Positions 19,401 to 28,728 of a stretch of 64,000 nt of DNA are shown here, piece by piece. The stretch spans positions 64,001 to 128,000 of the forward strand of contig JBDRNC010000004.1 in NCBI GenBank assembly GCA_043811535.1. Direction: 5' to 3'. This DNA is from Elusimicrobiota bacterium. GTDB taxonomy: Bacteria > Elusimicrobiota > Endomicrobiia > Endomicrobiales > JBDRNC01. Each line of letters starts with the position of its first letter. Within the stretch, counting starts at the first letter, position 1. The translations under genes and the position numbers were made by a program. A model generated the notes under the pieces. The model was not told the origin of the DNA. It saw nothing but the letters and a program-made list of their open reading frames with translations, and did not search any database.

Positions 19401-22398
19401 CGGGTCCCTGCGTTACCGTCAGGTTTGATACCGCCGCTGGCGGCGCTATGAAGCTCCCGTCGTCGAAAGACAGCGTGGCGAGTATCATGCTCTGGAATGT
19501 CGCGGTAGTATGGAAGTTTATCTTAGGCAGGAAGTAGGCGGCGCCGGCGTGATAACCGAGGCCTTCCAGATTAACGCTTCCCGAGTTTGCCGGCCCGGGA
19601 TTCGCCAGGACATCCCAGAGGGTATTGATATATCCTCCTCCCTCATCGAATTCGTCAAACGCGATATCGTAGGTGCCGGTACCTATGTACGTGACATAGT
19701 AATTCATGTTCTTCGCGGTGGTCGTAGATACTTTCGCGACTAGAGCGCTGTTCGGATAGTACCACCCCGCGTTCCAATTGCTCGCCGTGGCGGAAAATAA
19801 AGCCATTCTCCTGTATGAACTCATGGACGCCGTGCCCGCGCCCTGCCCTTTCAGCCACTTCGTTATCCCCGTAGGCGAAAAATCAGCCATCCAGAGAATC
19901 GGCTGCGTCATGTATGCGTACGAACGGGCCTGTCTGTTCACTGAGGAGTCATCGCCGGACGATTTCCAAACGGACCAGTTCGTCGCGTCGAACGCCTTAA
20001 TGGCGAACCAGTAGCTTGTCCCGGCCGTAAGGCTGCTTATCGTGTAGTTGCAGAACGTCAGCGCGGCGACCGCCGTGGCGATGTTTATGGTATATGTGGG
20101 CGATGGGGGCGTGTCGTAGTTTATATTCGTGATCTGGGATACCGTGGAGTATTTTATCTCAAACTGTCCCTCCAGATCCCCTGAAAGCTCGTCGTTGCCG
20201 GGCGAGACCCACCTGAGCGATATTGTCCCGTCCGCGGTTCCGGCCAGCGCCGTGAGATTGGATATGGCCGCCGGCGGTATTATATCCACTGTTTGCGCGT
20301 AGGACCACGCGAGCGTGTTCACTTCGGGGTCGTCGCCGGATGACTTCCAGACGGACCAATTCTCGCCGTCGTCCGCTTTCATTGCGAACCAGTACGTGGC
20401 GCCGGGGACGAGATTTCCTATAGCGCTGTTGCAGAACGTGAGCGGGTCCACTGATGTGGAGATATTTAGCGTGTATGACGGCGACGGAGGAGTTTCGTAA
20501 TTCGTGTTCGTTATCTGTGATATGGAAGTATACTTGATCTCAAACTGGCCGTTCAGCGTTCCGGCGCTGCCGTTGTTGCCGGGTGAAGTCCACATCAGCG
20601 ACACGCTCCCGTTGGACGTTCCCGGCAGGGCCGTGAGGTTGGATATGGAATCAGGCGCCTCCAGGTCCAGCGGGGTGGCATAGGAGTATGCCAGAGTATT
20701 GATTTCATCATTGTCGCCCGAAGAGATCCACACGGACCAGTTCTTTTCATCGGACGTTTTTATCGCGAACCAGTACGTAGCCCCCGGAGCAAGACTGCTT
20801 ACTGTATGGTAGCAGGTTTCAAACGGCTCGACCGACGTCGTTATATTGACCGTGTAAGACGGCGACGGAGGAGTTTCGTAATTCGCGCCCGTTATCTGGG
20901 ACATGGAAGTATACTTTATCTCAAACTGCCCTTCCAGCGCGCCTGAATTCTCGTCGTCGCCGGGCGAACTCCACATCAGCGACACGCTCCCGCTTCTCAA
21001 GCCGGGAAGGCCTGTAAGGTTGGATATGGCAGCGGGCGGCGTTATATCTTCAACAGTATCGGGAACGATGGAGGAGGAAGAACCGTTCATCCCGTATGTC
21101 CAGAAATACGGAGTGTCGCTTACCGTCGCGTTGTTTATATCCAGGGTGTCCGGGGCGGAATTATCCGCCTGGTCCGTGCCGTTCAGTTTCCATTGCCCTA
21201 CCATTCCGTAGGTCGGCGTGTTATTGGAAGCGCGTATCGCATCGACTTCATCCGCGCTCAAAGCCCTGTTATATATCGCTACTTCATCCAGCATGCCCCT
21301 CTGGCGCACGCTCTCAGTGGTCGAATTGGAAAATTCTATCGCGCCGTTGACATCCGCGCCGATAGTGCCGCAGGAACTGTTGCTCCCGCGCACCGTCCCG
21401 TCAATATATATTTTCATGTTCCTGGACACGTAGTCGTAAACAGCCGCGACGTGGTGCCACTGTCCAGCGGTCAGATAGTTCCCCGAGGTCTGGCAGCCGG
21501 GAGTCCTGTTCGGCCCGGAAAACTCTATATTCTGCGCTGTTTCATAAATGAAGATTTTCCACGAAGTTCCGTATTCTCTCTTCCAGATAAGATACTGGTT
21601 GTTCGCACCCGTGGGATTCACCCAAAACGACACGGAAACGCTTTTTGACATATTAAACGCCTGATGCTGCCCCAGCGATACGTAGGCGGTTGTATTAAAG
21701 TGAAGCGAAGACGACTGCTGGCTGGTGTCCGAGGAACGCACCACGTAAAAGTAGGTTACCGTAGGATCAAGGCCCGTATCGTAATAGTATGACACGGGAC
21801 TGATAACGCTGGAAACGTAGGAATATCCTATAGTTGTTGGGGATGACGAGCGGTAGACCGAGTACCCGAGCACGTCAATGTCGTCCACCGACGTCCATGA
21901 CAGCAAGACAGAGGCCATGCCGGTCGAGACTATGACAAGGCTTGTGACGGAATTGGGGGTGGCGTCAAAAACGAAGGGTTTTGCGTAGTTCGTCGTGCCT
22001 TCCGAAATCTCGGAAACGCCTCCGGTAGAGCCGCTGGTTATCCATATGCGGAAGTATGAAGTCACCCCGTCGCCCAATCCGTAGCATATCTTCGTTCTCG
22101 TAAGGCCCGGGGCGGTGGAAGTAGTGCTTATCGCTACCTGGGCGTTCGTCGTGCTCCAGACCACGTCCTCCTGGTTGGTCCATGATGAGTATTGTATGAA
22201 GTATATACTGCTGTTAGGAAGGATTTCCGGGCCGGGATACGTCCATTGAAGAAACATGCTTCCGGCTGACGGTCCCGTCAGCGCCGAAAGGTTCGTGACC
22301 GCGTCGGGAGCGGCATAGGCCGAAGGAATAATAAAAAAAGCAAGAACCAAAACCAGTTCCAGCAGAAACTTCACAGAATGGGTCGATACTCTTAACAT
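13414..22398 (-). CDS. Giant secreted surface protein: many FN3-like repeats, 3 LamG domains, one WxADFS domain, ZU5-like domain, T9SS-like CTD
   Basis: Signal peptide; PAAISNL...W.SPG...Y.F repeats; LamG motifs W.H.A..YD / DEVAIYNRALS; NHFSKY; WNGFDEEGRFVESGVYIY...VVAK. Confidence 0.88.
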   Translation of the reverse strand: MLRVSTHSVKFLLELVLVLAFFIIPSAYAAPDAVTNLSALTGPSAGSMFLQWTYPGPEILPNSSIYFIQYSSWTNQEDVVWSTTNAQVAISTTSTAPGLTRTKICYGLGDGVTSYFRIWITSGSTGGVSEISEGTTNYAKPFVFDATPNSVTSLVIVSTGMASVLLSWTSVDDIDVLGYSVYRSSSPTTIGYSYVSSVISPVSYYYDTGLDPTVTYFYVVRSSDTSQQSSSLHFNTTAYVSLGQHQAFNMSKSVSVSFWVNPTGANNQYLIWKREYGTSWKIFIYETAQNIEFSGPNRTPGCQTSGNYLTAGQWHHVAAVYDYVSRNMKIYIDGTVRGSNSSCGTIGADVNGAIEFSNSTTESVRQRGMLDEVAIYNRALSADEVDAIRASNNTPTYGMVGQWKLNGTDQADNSAPDTLDINNATVSDTPYFWTYGMNGSSSSIVPDTVEDITPPAAISNLTGLPGLRSGSVSLMWSSPGDDENSGALEGQFEIKYTSMSQITGANYETPPSPSYTVNITTSVEPFETCYHTVSSLAPGATYWFAIKTSDEKNWSVWISSGDNDEINTLAYSYATPLDLEAPDSISNLTALPGTSNGSVSLMWTSPGNNGSAGTLNGQFEIKYTSISQITNTNYETPPSPSYTLNISTSVDPLTFCNSAIGNLVPGATYWFAMKADDGENWSVWKSSGDDPEVNTLAWSYAQTVDIIPPAAISNLTALAGTADGTISLRWVSPGNDELSGDLEGQFEIKYSTVSQITNINYDTPPSPTYTINIATAVAALTFCNYTISSLTAGTSYWFAIKAFDATNWSVWKSSGDDSSVNRQARSYAYMTQPILWMADFSPTGITKWLKGQGAGTASMSSYRRMALFSATASNWNAGWYYPNSALVAKVSTTTAKNMNYYVTYIGTGTYDIAFDEFDEGGGYINTLWDVLANPGPANSGSVNLEGLGYHAGAAYFLPKINFHTTATFQSMILATLSFDDGSFIAPPAAVSNLTVTQGPAAGSVALQWTSPGSYGVSGNFFGVFDVKYSSISQVTDANYDNVPSTYVVHIGTAVAPGAYCVYTVSNLTPGASYWFAIKSFNSAEWSVWNSSGEVPAVNTQAYGYALPDIIPPAAISNLTALPGPVNRSVTLRWTAPGNDEMSNTITDGTFRIRYSSHAIITAANFDDAPYSNHTVNITTTVSPGDYCAYTTPATLIPTATYWFAVKAYDGVNWSVWTSSGDVDTVNTLAWSYVPGSSDMTAPAAVTSLSGLVGYNGQINLSWTSPGDNDWTGALQADSQFNIRYATYNAVWTAGSGQVTIGAEGVNAESYQTCQVSGLNPGATYYFRVWTNDGAPNWSEISNGATVYLLEAPTAYIPADASWTNSNLVDWKDYPGALDYLVQIDNDSGFGSVDQEYAPASSSVAFSGLAENTYYWYRVKARKWGDVYTAWSSTKAFRIDMTDSQFTTLEGRKNDGSWVDPSTVYLDTYPVNCSIGVQDTGSGMRAGQTELIPSSGCVMLLRMNEGSGAVAADLSGYGNNGNIVSGVSWDSGRFSGGLDFDGASSSVTVSDSVSLNPENITAGVWIYPTGKDGEQMVMDKRNEGGFNLAVWGGGGTYDLITNIVGPSNEFGYVKSTQTVKANIWQHIAMTYNGSVLKLYYNGELQDSIGVVVNSTGSTLPLLIGYYKGGGLNYQGRMDEITVFNRAMTDEEVAAHYNSGSVKYSGDGGVSWAIETSTDMASVSGSNGTPAIVPTAVTGLALSEAGDNRIIFITQDMAGNVVRSSEYTVLVDTTLPANIAPSAEYGPETGDIRLTWTTPVDTASGLSSGKYIIEYSSNTAEPASFEYSVQFDTNAAQGSWQTYIATGLTTNVYYWFTVQSRDNAGNWSLVSDTIAYRYVYDSEAPAGISNLTALPGSSNRTVTLRWTAPGNDEMSNTITDGTFRVRYSSHAIITAANFDDAPYSNHTVNITTTVSPGDYCAYTTPATLIPTATYWFAVKAYDGANWSVWTSSGDVDTVNTLAWSYVPGSFDMTAPAAVTSLSGLVGYNGQINLSWTSPGDNGWTGALQADSQFNIQYATYNAAWSEGTGQVTIGAEGVNAESYQTCRVSGLSPGATYYFRVWTNDGAPNWSAISNGATVYLAAGPTTYIPADASWTNTAVADWSDVPGALEYQVLFAENSDFSSPLTPVNVAYSSSALSGFAQSTLYGYRVRARLWNDVYTCWSSSKAFRLDYTLPNISGYRQVSTSYLIDAQDTYSGLRVGQAELVPSSGCVLLLHMNEGSGNTLADSSGYGNNGIKESGASWTTGKFTNGLSFNGTSSSATVAHSAELSPANVTVEAWINPAGKTGEQLIVEKRSFGGYAFILLNDAGTSKLQAKIAGPNNDPCLVETSIPNGQWSHAAMTYDGVKLSLYINGETSILLLSSEPVVSARDISGSNVPIKIGSNETWGLFYEGALDDIAVYNRALSAEEIATHFNSGAVKYNTNGGVGDWDIETSLSASSMSGSNGDQLVHTITATGLPFTGNPASDRIRFLVQDMAGNLKISDVYVVTADSVAPSAINNLSVTAKTENSLTLSWASPGDDGGLGTLPSGALFNIQYSTFASVEWSTASAQVSVSAAGTGAGSTATRKVSDLAKDTTYYFRAWTCDERINWSGLSNIATDYTLADAVAPVADAVVIENAGILGQPIVFISTATDSGVITSVKLWYKLFDAAWASAEMTLTDVDGGKRGKYALEGKKVNQEGSIYYYVQAQDNADNIGYWKSESDPQEIKVSRATTFPPTQTGKVTLPNNDTKHGEVSLDIPSGALNAPVTITITQINTNLEKPADDDTVDRTKNSGRPVSVYEFTPSGTKFIKPVTLTLLYFDPDDTGKVQLEDGTVTDIDENTSVLQIFFWDGVQWRLLGGTADKDNNTVSIKINHFSKYAIFPLGSLSTRAAPEEKFVTPHIPAAFGFLAEEVAILDIAGNTVKEMTKTDFGGGAVQWNGFDEEGRFVESGVYIYRIKTTEGKYTYGMIVVAK

Positions 22399-22494
22399 TC
22401 TTTTTCCCGTATATCTGCGGCTGCTTTGGCGGACCTGCGCCGAATGTTATCTGCCTGCCAATATATATATATAGCATTATTTGGGTTCATTTGA

Positions 22495-22522
22495 AGTGAA
22501 TAAATTGCGAATATTTTGCGAA
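22495..22522 (-). promoter_or_regulatory. Triple direct-repeat operator (giant-protein operon)
   Basis: AGTGAA-N5-TGCGAA-N5-TGCGAA; TG-C-TATATA at a 21-bp gap. Confidence 0.8.
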
Positions 22523-22628
22523 ATTTTATCTGTCCTGCAGGCGGGTTGTTATACTCCACGGGCGCGGGAATCCGGCCCTTTTGGATCAATGCAAAGCCGC
22601 TTTAGTGTCCTTGGCAGTCTCATCAGCA

Positions 22629-22774
22629 GAGATCACCACGGCCTTCGGCCTCGTGATGACACTTCGTGTTAGATCCTTCGGCTACGCCTCAGGATGAATA
22701 AAATCCGGTCCGAACTGACAGACCTGGATTTTACAAATTCATGGATCCCCGATTACAACTCTCGGGGATGAATA
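22629..22774. repeat. Cluster of three REP-like hairpins of the type flanking GIY-YIG genes
   Basis: GAGATCACCACG..CTCGTGATGACA; AGATCCTTCGG..CTCAGGATGAATA; GGATCCCCGA-N9-TCGGGGATGAATA. Confidence 0.7.
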
Positions 22775-22808
22775 AAATTGGATTCATACGGATAAATCTC
22801 AATTTTAT

Positions 22809-24014
22809 TCACTTTGTCAAGACGACGGATCCAGAGGTTATGGAATTGTCTATCTCTATCTGATAAATGTACAGCCCTATTTTTGCCGTATCCCCGGAAT
22901 TGTCCTTGCCGTCCCAGTCTATCTTGCAATTGCCGTTAACGGTATCCCTGTAAAGGTCCCGTATTATCGTGCCGCGCAGGTCGTATATCGTCACCTGAAC
23001 GCTGCTCGATTTGGCCGTTTTGACAAACAGCGTTGTTTTGTCGGCAAACCCGTCGCCGTTGGGCGAAAACGGGTTCGGGAAGAACTCCAGCTTGTTGTCA
23101 GGCACGAGCGAATCCTTCGCCACCATGAATTCAACGCTGCAATCCGTTATGGCGTAGCCAAGACCGCTTACCGCGTTTGTCAGAGTTATTTGCCCGTATC
23201 CCTCGGGGACTGACGCGGAAAAACTGTAGTTTAAACGGCAGGTAAGCGCGTCAAGCCAGGCGCCGTTGACGGTAATCTTGCTTCCGGAAGCCGCGCTTCT
23301 CGAAGGCAGCGTAATCTCAAAAACCGGCGCGGCAGATGTGTCCATCGCCGTGCTGAAAACGACAGTGTAATTCACCGAGCTTCCCGGCCTTATCACGCCC
23401 GTATCGCTGGATATCTTAAAACTCGGTGTTGAAACGTATGCCATCAATTCGGCGTCGGTCATTACTTTCATGTCGTCAAAGTACACGTCGAACATTTCAT
23501 TTATGCTTACTTCTCCCCAGCCGGTGCCGTATGTCTGGACCTTGACGTAATCTATGCCCGTGCGCACGTCTGTATCCTTGAGGGGTAGTATTATTCTCAC
23601 CCACGCGTCTACCGCGTACGGCGAACCCGCATAAGGGTTGAGCCAGTAACTCGTTCCCTGGCCGCCCGCGTTGGAACCGTATTCTAGCTGTAATTGCCAT
23701 GTATTATCCGTGTAGCTCTTAACTTTAAGCCAGAATACCAGCTTCGTATAACCCGACCAGTCTTGGCTGGATATGTGGTTCCAGTTTTTCGCTACGAATT
23801 TGTAAGAGTCCTTCTCCGAAGTGAAGTTGCACTTCATGGAGTAAGTTCCCTGAACGGCATCTGAATCCAGGGTGATAGTCCCGGTGGTCCCCAGACTGGT
23901 ATATCCGTTCCAGTCCGAGATATCCTCAAAATCGTCCACGATAATAGCGGCCCTGGCGCCCGGAACGGCGATAAACAGCCCTAAGGTTAATACCACCAGC
24001 CATGTTTTTTTCAT
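22809..24014 (-). CDS. Secreted protein: CBM11/CIA30-like domain + Ig-like + gliding-motility (type B-like) CTD
   Basis: Signal peptide; IVDDFEDISDW, DWSGY..LVFWLKV, YFDD; FPNPFSPNGDG, IYDLRG, WDGKD, GLYIY. Confidence 0.8.
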   Translation of the reverse strand: MKKTWLVVLTLGLFIAVPGARAAIIVDDFEDISDWNGYTSLGTTGTITLDSDAVQGTYSMKCNFTSEKDSYKFVAKNWNHISSQDWSGYTKLVFWLKVKSYTDNTWQLQLEYGSNAGGQGTSYWLNPYAGSPYAVDAWVRIILPLKDTDVRTGIDYVKVQTYGTGWGEVSINEMFDVYFDDMKVMTDAELMAYVSTPSFKISSDTGVIRPGSSVNYTVVFSTAMDTSAAPVFEITLPSRSAASGSKITVNGAWLDALTCRLNYSFSASVPEGYGQITLTNAVSGLGYAITDCSVEFMVAKDSLVPDNKLEFFPNPFSPNGDGFADKTTLFVKTAKSSSVQVTIYDLRGTIIRDLYRDTVNGNCKIDWDGKDNSGDTAKIGLYIYQIEIDNSITSGSVVLTK

Positions 24015-24024
24015 TTTTCCCTCG

Positions 24025-25023
24025 TTAAAATCTTGTTGACATGCCCAACCTGTGCGAGCCGATATTGTCGGAAATCGACAACGACCAAATAAAAGCGTAA
24101 TCTATCTGGAATGAAAGATTCGCGGCTAAACGCCTGTTCATGCTCGCCCCCATGGAAATCTCGTTCTTATTCCAGCCGGCCCTCACGCCGTAAGTATGCA
24201 CGCCGAACCATGTTTCCGCCCCGAAATGGAGATTTGTCTTGTCGTTTTCCCTTCCCCAGTCCTGGTTTCGCTGCGAAACGTCCAGCGCCGCGGTTATCGC
24301 GTCCATCCCTTTGTAATACGGTATTTTGTATGCCGCCCCGACCGTCAGCTCCGAGGGCACCTTATCCTCGTACGCCAGCCCGACGTCCGGCTGATTGATA
24401 TTTTTTGCGGCCGCCCCGAAAGTCCAGTGTTTCGGAAGCGAGGCCATCAGGCCGATGTCCGCGCTCACGGCGCCCTTTGAATCGCCTGCCGCGACCACGC
24501 GGTCCCCGATCTGCGCCGCCACATCCTTTGTTCTTTGGTCCCAGATGTATGAATGCGAGAGGTATTTCAAGTTCAATCCCGCCGAAAATTTAACGCCGGC
24601 GTCCGCGTAAACACGCCTTGCATAGCCCAGCTGATACACATTCTCCCTGTACAGCCCGGCTCCGTCGAAATTTGTCACCGCGACGCTGAAAGCGCCGGCT
24701 TCTCCGGCCGGATGCACATATGTAAGATACATTAATCCCAGATCCACATTCTCCAGCCCCACGTACGGTTTTGCGTAGGCGAACGACGCTTCGCGTTTCT
24801 GCAGCTGCGTCATGCCTGCGGGGTTAAAGACGGAGGAATTCGCGTCATTGGAGATAGCGACAAATGTGTTCCCCATGCCCGCGGGCCTCGCGCCCCATCC
24901 GATGTCCTTGAATGCGCCGTTAACGGCAGAAGGAAGAATGAAGACGGAAGACAGAAGCAAAACGGCAATTACATAATTTATGTAATGCCTCTTAATTAAT
25001 TTTGAAATATATGTGATATTCAT
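24025..25023 (-). CDS. PorV/PorQ-like outer-membrane beta-barrel (paralog of 12366)
   Basis: GARPAGMGNTFVA..NPAG; KNINQPD; IDYAF; C-terminal TRF. Confidence 0.82.
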   Translation of the reverse strand: MNITYISKLIKRHYINYVIAVLLLSSVFILPSAVNGAFKDIGWGARPAGMGNTFVAISNDANSSVFNPAGMTQLQKREASFAYAKPYVGLENVDLGLMYLTYVHPAGEAGAFSVAVTNFDGAGLYRENVYQLGYARRVYADAGVKFSAGLNLKYLSHSYIWDQRTKDVAAQIGDRVVAAGDSKGAVSADIGLMASLPKHWTFGAAAKNINQPDVGLAYEDKVPSELTVGAAYKIPYYKGMDAITAALDVSQRNQDWGRENDKTNLHFGAETWFGVHTYGVRAGWNKNEISMGASMNRRLAANLSFQIDYAFIWSLSISDNIGSHRLGMSTRF

Positions 25024-25083
25024 GTTTTTGCCTTTACTTCCTTCTTCCTTCTTCCTTCTTCCTTCTTCTTTCTTCCGTCTGTT

Positions 25084-28000
25084 TTATTTTGCCACTACTA
25101 TCACGCCGTAAACTGATTTGCCTTCTGTCGTTTTTATCCTATAGATGTAAACGCCCGACTCCACGAACCTGCCTTCCTCGTCATAGCCGTTCCACTGTAT
25201 GGTACCGCCGCCGAAATCCTCTTTTGTAAAATCCACGGCCTGGTTTCCCGCGATATCGTAAACGGTGACCTCTTCCGCCTTGTACCCGAATGTGGCCGGC
25301 ATCATCGGCGTAATGAATTTTTCTTCCGGAGCCGAAAACAGCGCCGCCGAGCCGAGAGGGAATATGGCATACTTGCTGAAATGGTTTATCTTGACGGAGA
25401 CGGTGTTCTTTGTTTTGTCCACCGTGCCTCCGAGCAGGCGCCATTGCACGCCGTCCCAGTAGAATATCTGCAGCGCCGAAGTGTTCTCGTCTATGGAAGT
25501 CAGGGAACCGTCTTCCAGCTGGACTATCCCGGTGTCATTAGGGTCAAAATACAGCAATGTCAGCGTTACGGGCTTCGCGAAATTCGTGCCCGTGGGGCCG
25601 AAACTGTACGCCGCGACGGGTTTCCCGCTGTTCTTGGACCTGTCAACAGTATCATCCGTCACCGCGGGCTCGAGCGAGGCATCCCCCTGCGTTATCGTTA
25701 TCGCCACGGGCGCCGGCAACGCGCCGGCCGGTATGTCCAGTTTGACTTCGCCGTGTTTCGGGTCATTGTTCGGCAGGGACACCGATCCCGTCCGGACCGG
25801 CGGGAACTCGGTAGTGCGCGATACTGTTATCACCTGTGGTTCAGTCAGTGATTTCCAAAGGGCGGCGTTGCCCCGATTGTCCGCGGCCTGAACGAAGTAA
25901 TATATGCTGCCTTCCTGGTTTATCTTGTCGCCGGCAAGCGTGTATTCCCCCCTGCTTCCTCCGGAAATACCGGTCAAAGACATGTCGGCTGTCGCCCAGG
26001 ACCCGCTGTATAGCTTATACCACAGCCTGATGTACCCGACGCCGGAATTACTGTCGGTAGCCGTAGATACAAACACTATCGGCTGGCCCAGTATCCCGGC
26101 CTTGCTTATTTCCTCGGCATCCACACCGGGAGGTGTTGAATCAAGTTCCGTATAGCCGGTCGCGCCGTTTGATATATCCGACCAGTTTGACGCCTCATCT
26201 GATATCCATGCCCGAAAGTAATATGTAGTATCCCTGGTCAGGCTGGGTATAGTTAAGCCTACGGACGTCCCTGGCGCGCAGGGGATGCCCGGAGCCGTTG
26301 TCGTATACTGGGCCGATGCCCGCGTCCAGGATTCGTTCGGATCGGTCGAGTATTGCACCGAAACATTTGATCCCGAAGGAAGCGTCCCGCTGTATCCGTT
26401 GTCGCCGGGCGAAGACCATGCAAGTCCGATCGAACTCTCCGTGCTGGTTCCGCTGAACGCGAGATCGGTAACCGCGCCCGGAGCGGTATTATCGCCTTCA
26501 AATGACATGCTGGCGACTGTCAAGTTCTGATTAATGGCCGTGGTGTGCATGTTTATCTTTGGCAGGACAGATACAGTACCCGCGTCGTAAGTCAGGCCGG
26601 CAAGGCTCTGGCTTTGAGATCCTGTCTCAGCGGGATTCGCCACCACATTCCATTTTGTGGCCACATATGCCCCGTTAGTATCAAATTCATCCAGGGCGAT
26701 ATCAAATGTCGCATTGGCGGATATGCTGGAAACGTTGTAATTGAGTTTGCCGTTTGCTAGCGCGTTGACCGGCACGCGCGTAACTTCCCCGTTTATCGGA
26801 TAAACCCCGCCGGCATCCCAATTATTCAAGGTGGTGTACAATACAAGACTTCCTCCCACCGAATCAGTGCTTGCTCCCGCGCCGTAAGCCGCCCAATGAC
26901 TGGCTCCGCTTGGCGAAAAATCAGCCGTCCAGATAATGTCCCCGGACAGCGGTATCTTATAGGCATAGGCGAAGGCAAGATTGTTGACGGTAATATCTTC
27001 GCCCGATGAAGTCCATACGGACCAGTTAGTCCCGTCATATGTTTTTACCGCGAACCAGTATGTGGCTCCCGGCACCAGCGTTGCCGGAGTGGTGTAGGAA
27101 CAGTAATCGCCGGGAGAGACGTTTGACGTGGGAATATCAACCGTGTAATTGGAATATGGCGCGCTGTCGAAATTCGCAGCCGTTATTATCGCGTGCGAAG
27201 AGTAGCGTACGCGGAATATCCCGTCCGCTATCGCGTTTGAGGTTTCGTCATTTCCCGGCGCCGTCCATCTGAGCTTCACGCTTCCCTCAGACGCGCCCGG
27301 CAGGGCCGTAAGGTTGGATATCGCCGCGGGCGGGGTGTTATCTATTGCCGCATAGGCGAAAGCAAGATTGTTGACCGTAATATCTTCTCCGGACGAGACC
27401 CACACGGACCAGTTGGCCCCGTCATACGTCTTAACCGCGAACCAGTAGGTGGCCCCCGGTACCAGCGATGCCGGAGTGGTGTAGGAACAGTAATCGCCGA
27501 AAGAGACGTTTGACGTCGGAATATCAACCGTGTAATTGGAATACGGCACGTTGTCGAAATTCGCCGACGTTATTATCGCGTGAGAAGAGTAGCGTACGCG
27601 GAATATCCCGTCCGCTATCGCGTTGGAGACGTCGTCATTGCCCGGCGCCGTCCACCTGAGCTTCACTGTGCCGTTCGCCGCGCCCGTAAGCGCCGTTAGG
27701 TTGGATATCGCCGCGGGCGGTAAAAAATCGCTGATGGGAGTCGCGTAGGAGAAGGCAAGGTTATTCACCGTGATATCTTCGCCGGATGAAGTCCATACCG
27801 ACCAGTTCACGCAATCGCACGCTTTCATCGCGAACCAGTAGCTCGCGCCGGGAACAAGGCTTGTGATCACGTAACTGCAGGGCGCAAGCGGAGCCACTGA
27901 GGAACTCGCGAACAGAACAGAGTACGACGGCGACGGAGGATTGCCGTAATTCGCCTTGGTTATCTGTGATACGGATGTGTACTTTACCTCGTAATACCCG

Positions 28001-28665
28001 TCCAGGTTTCCCGTTATTCCGCTGTTGCCCGGCGCGGCCCATTGAAGTCTTATGGAACGCTCCGCCGCCCCCGGAAGCGCGGTAAGGGCGGATATCCCGG
28101 CGGGGGGCACACTGTCATCGGTAAGCGCCCGAATGTCATCCACAAATATATTGAAGGTTTCTCCAAGGGCGACTTCACCCCAGCTGCCTTCAACAGAAAA
28201 CTTGATATAGTCAATACTGGTGCGTGTCGCCGTCAAAGTCGCCACTATCAGCACCCACTGGTTCTCAACATATGAGCCGGAGTCAGGCGCGTGATTATTC
28301 AGCCAGTAAGTCTCACCCTGCCCGCCCGCGTTAGCGCCGTACTCGCAACATACCTGCCAGGAAGTGTCTTTATCGCTGTCAACTTTCAGCCAGAATATAA
28401 GCCTGTTATAGGCCGACCAGTCCTGGCTGGCAGGATTCCAATTTTTCGCGACAAAATTGGTCATTGCGGTCGAAGTCGACGTAAACGTATATACCATCGA
28501 ATACGCACCCTGTTTGGCGTCGGAACTGACGTTCTTTGTACCGGTGCCTCCCTCCACCTGCCAATCGCTGACGTCCTCCATGTCGTCGACAAGTTGGTCG
28601 GCATTGGCATTAGCGGCTACCAGAAACAATCCTGCAAGTAATACTGCCAGCCATGTTCTTTTCAT
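25084..28665 (-). CDS. Secreted surface protein: CBM11-like + FN3 repeats + WxADFS domain + ZU5-like + T9SS-like CTD
   Basis: N-terminus homologous to 22809; FN3 repeats and C-terminal region homologous to 13414; start MKRTWL at 28665. Confidence 0.87.
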   Translation of the reverse strand: MKRTWLAVLLAGLFLVAANANADQLVDDMEDVSDWQVEGGTGTKNVSSDAKQGAYSMVYTFTSTSTAMTNFVAKNWNPASQDWSAYNRLIFWLKVDSDKDTSWQVCCEYGANAGGQGETYWLNNHAPDSGSYVENQWVLIVATLTATRTSIDYIKFSVEGSWGEVALGETFNIFVDDIRALTDDSVPPAGISALTALPGAAERSIRLQWAAPGNSGITGNLDGYYEVKYTSVSQITKANYGNPPSPSYSVLFASSSVAPLAPCSYVITSLVPGASYWFAMKACDCVNWSVWTSSGEDITVNNLAFSYATPISDFLPPAAISNLTALTGAANGTVKLRWTAPGNDDVSNAIADGIFRVRYSSHAIITSANFDNVPYSNYTVDIPTSNVSFGDYCSYTTPASLVPGATYWFAVKTYDGANWSVWVSSGEDITVNNLAFAYAAIDNTPPAAISNLTALPGASEGSVKLRWTAPGNDETSNAIADGIFRVRYSSHAIITAANFDSAPYSNYTVDIPTSNVSPGDYCSYTTPATLVPGATYWFAVKTYDGTNWSVWTSSGEDITVNNLAFAYAYKIPLSGDIIWTADFSPSGASHWAAYGAGASTDSVGGSLVLYTTLNNWDAGGVYPINGEVTRVPVNALANGKLNYNVSSISANATFDIALDEFDTNGAYVATKWNVVANPAETGSQSQSLAGLTYDAGTVSVLPKINMHTTAINQNLTVASMSFEGDNTAPGAVTDLAFSGTSTESSIGLAWSSPGDNGYSGTLPSGSNVSVQYSTDPNESWTRASAQYTTTAPGIPCAPGTSVGLTIPSLTRDTTYYFRAWISDEASNWSDISNGATGYTELDSTPPGVDAEEISKAGILGQPIVFVSTATDSNSGVGYIRLWYKLYSGSWATADMSLTGISGGSRGEYTLAGDKINQEGSIYYFVQAADNRGNAALWKSLTEPQVITVSRTTEFPPVRTGSVSLPNNDPKHGEVKLDIPAGALPAPVAITITQGDASLEPAVTDDTVDRSKNSGKPVAAYSFGPTGTNFAKPVTLTLLYFDPNDTGIVQLEDGSLTSIDENTSALQIFYWDGVQWRLLGGTVDKTKNTVSVKINHFSKYAIFPLGSAALFSAPEEKFITPMMPATFGYKAEEVTVYDIAGNQAVDFTKEDFGGGTIQWNGYDEEGRFVESGVYIYRIKTTEGKSVYGVIVVAK

Positions 28666-28728
28666 TATTCGCTTTCTCTCCGCCGCCCGCCGCAATACAG
28701 ACACCGGCTGCGGAACCAGCGCCGCGGT

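Noticed and set aside
22460..22473. (AT)n tract as a phase-variation switch
   Set aside because: Short, coincides with the expected -10 region, and no length variation can be seen from one sequence
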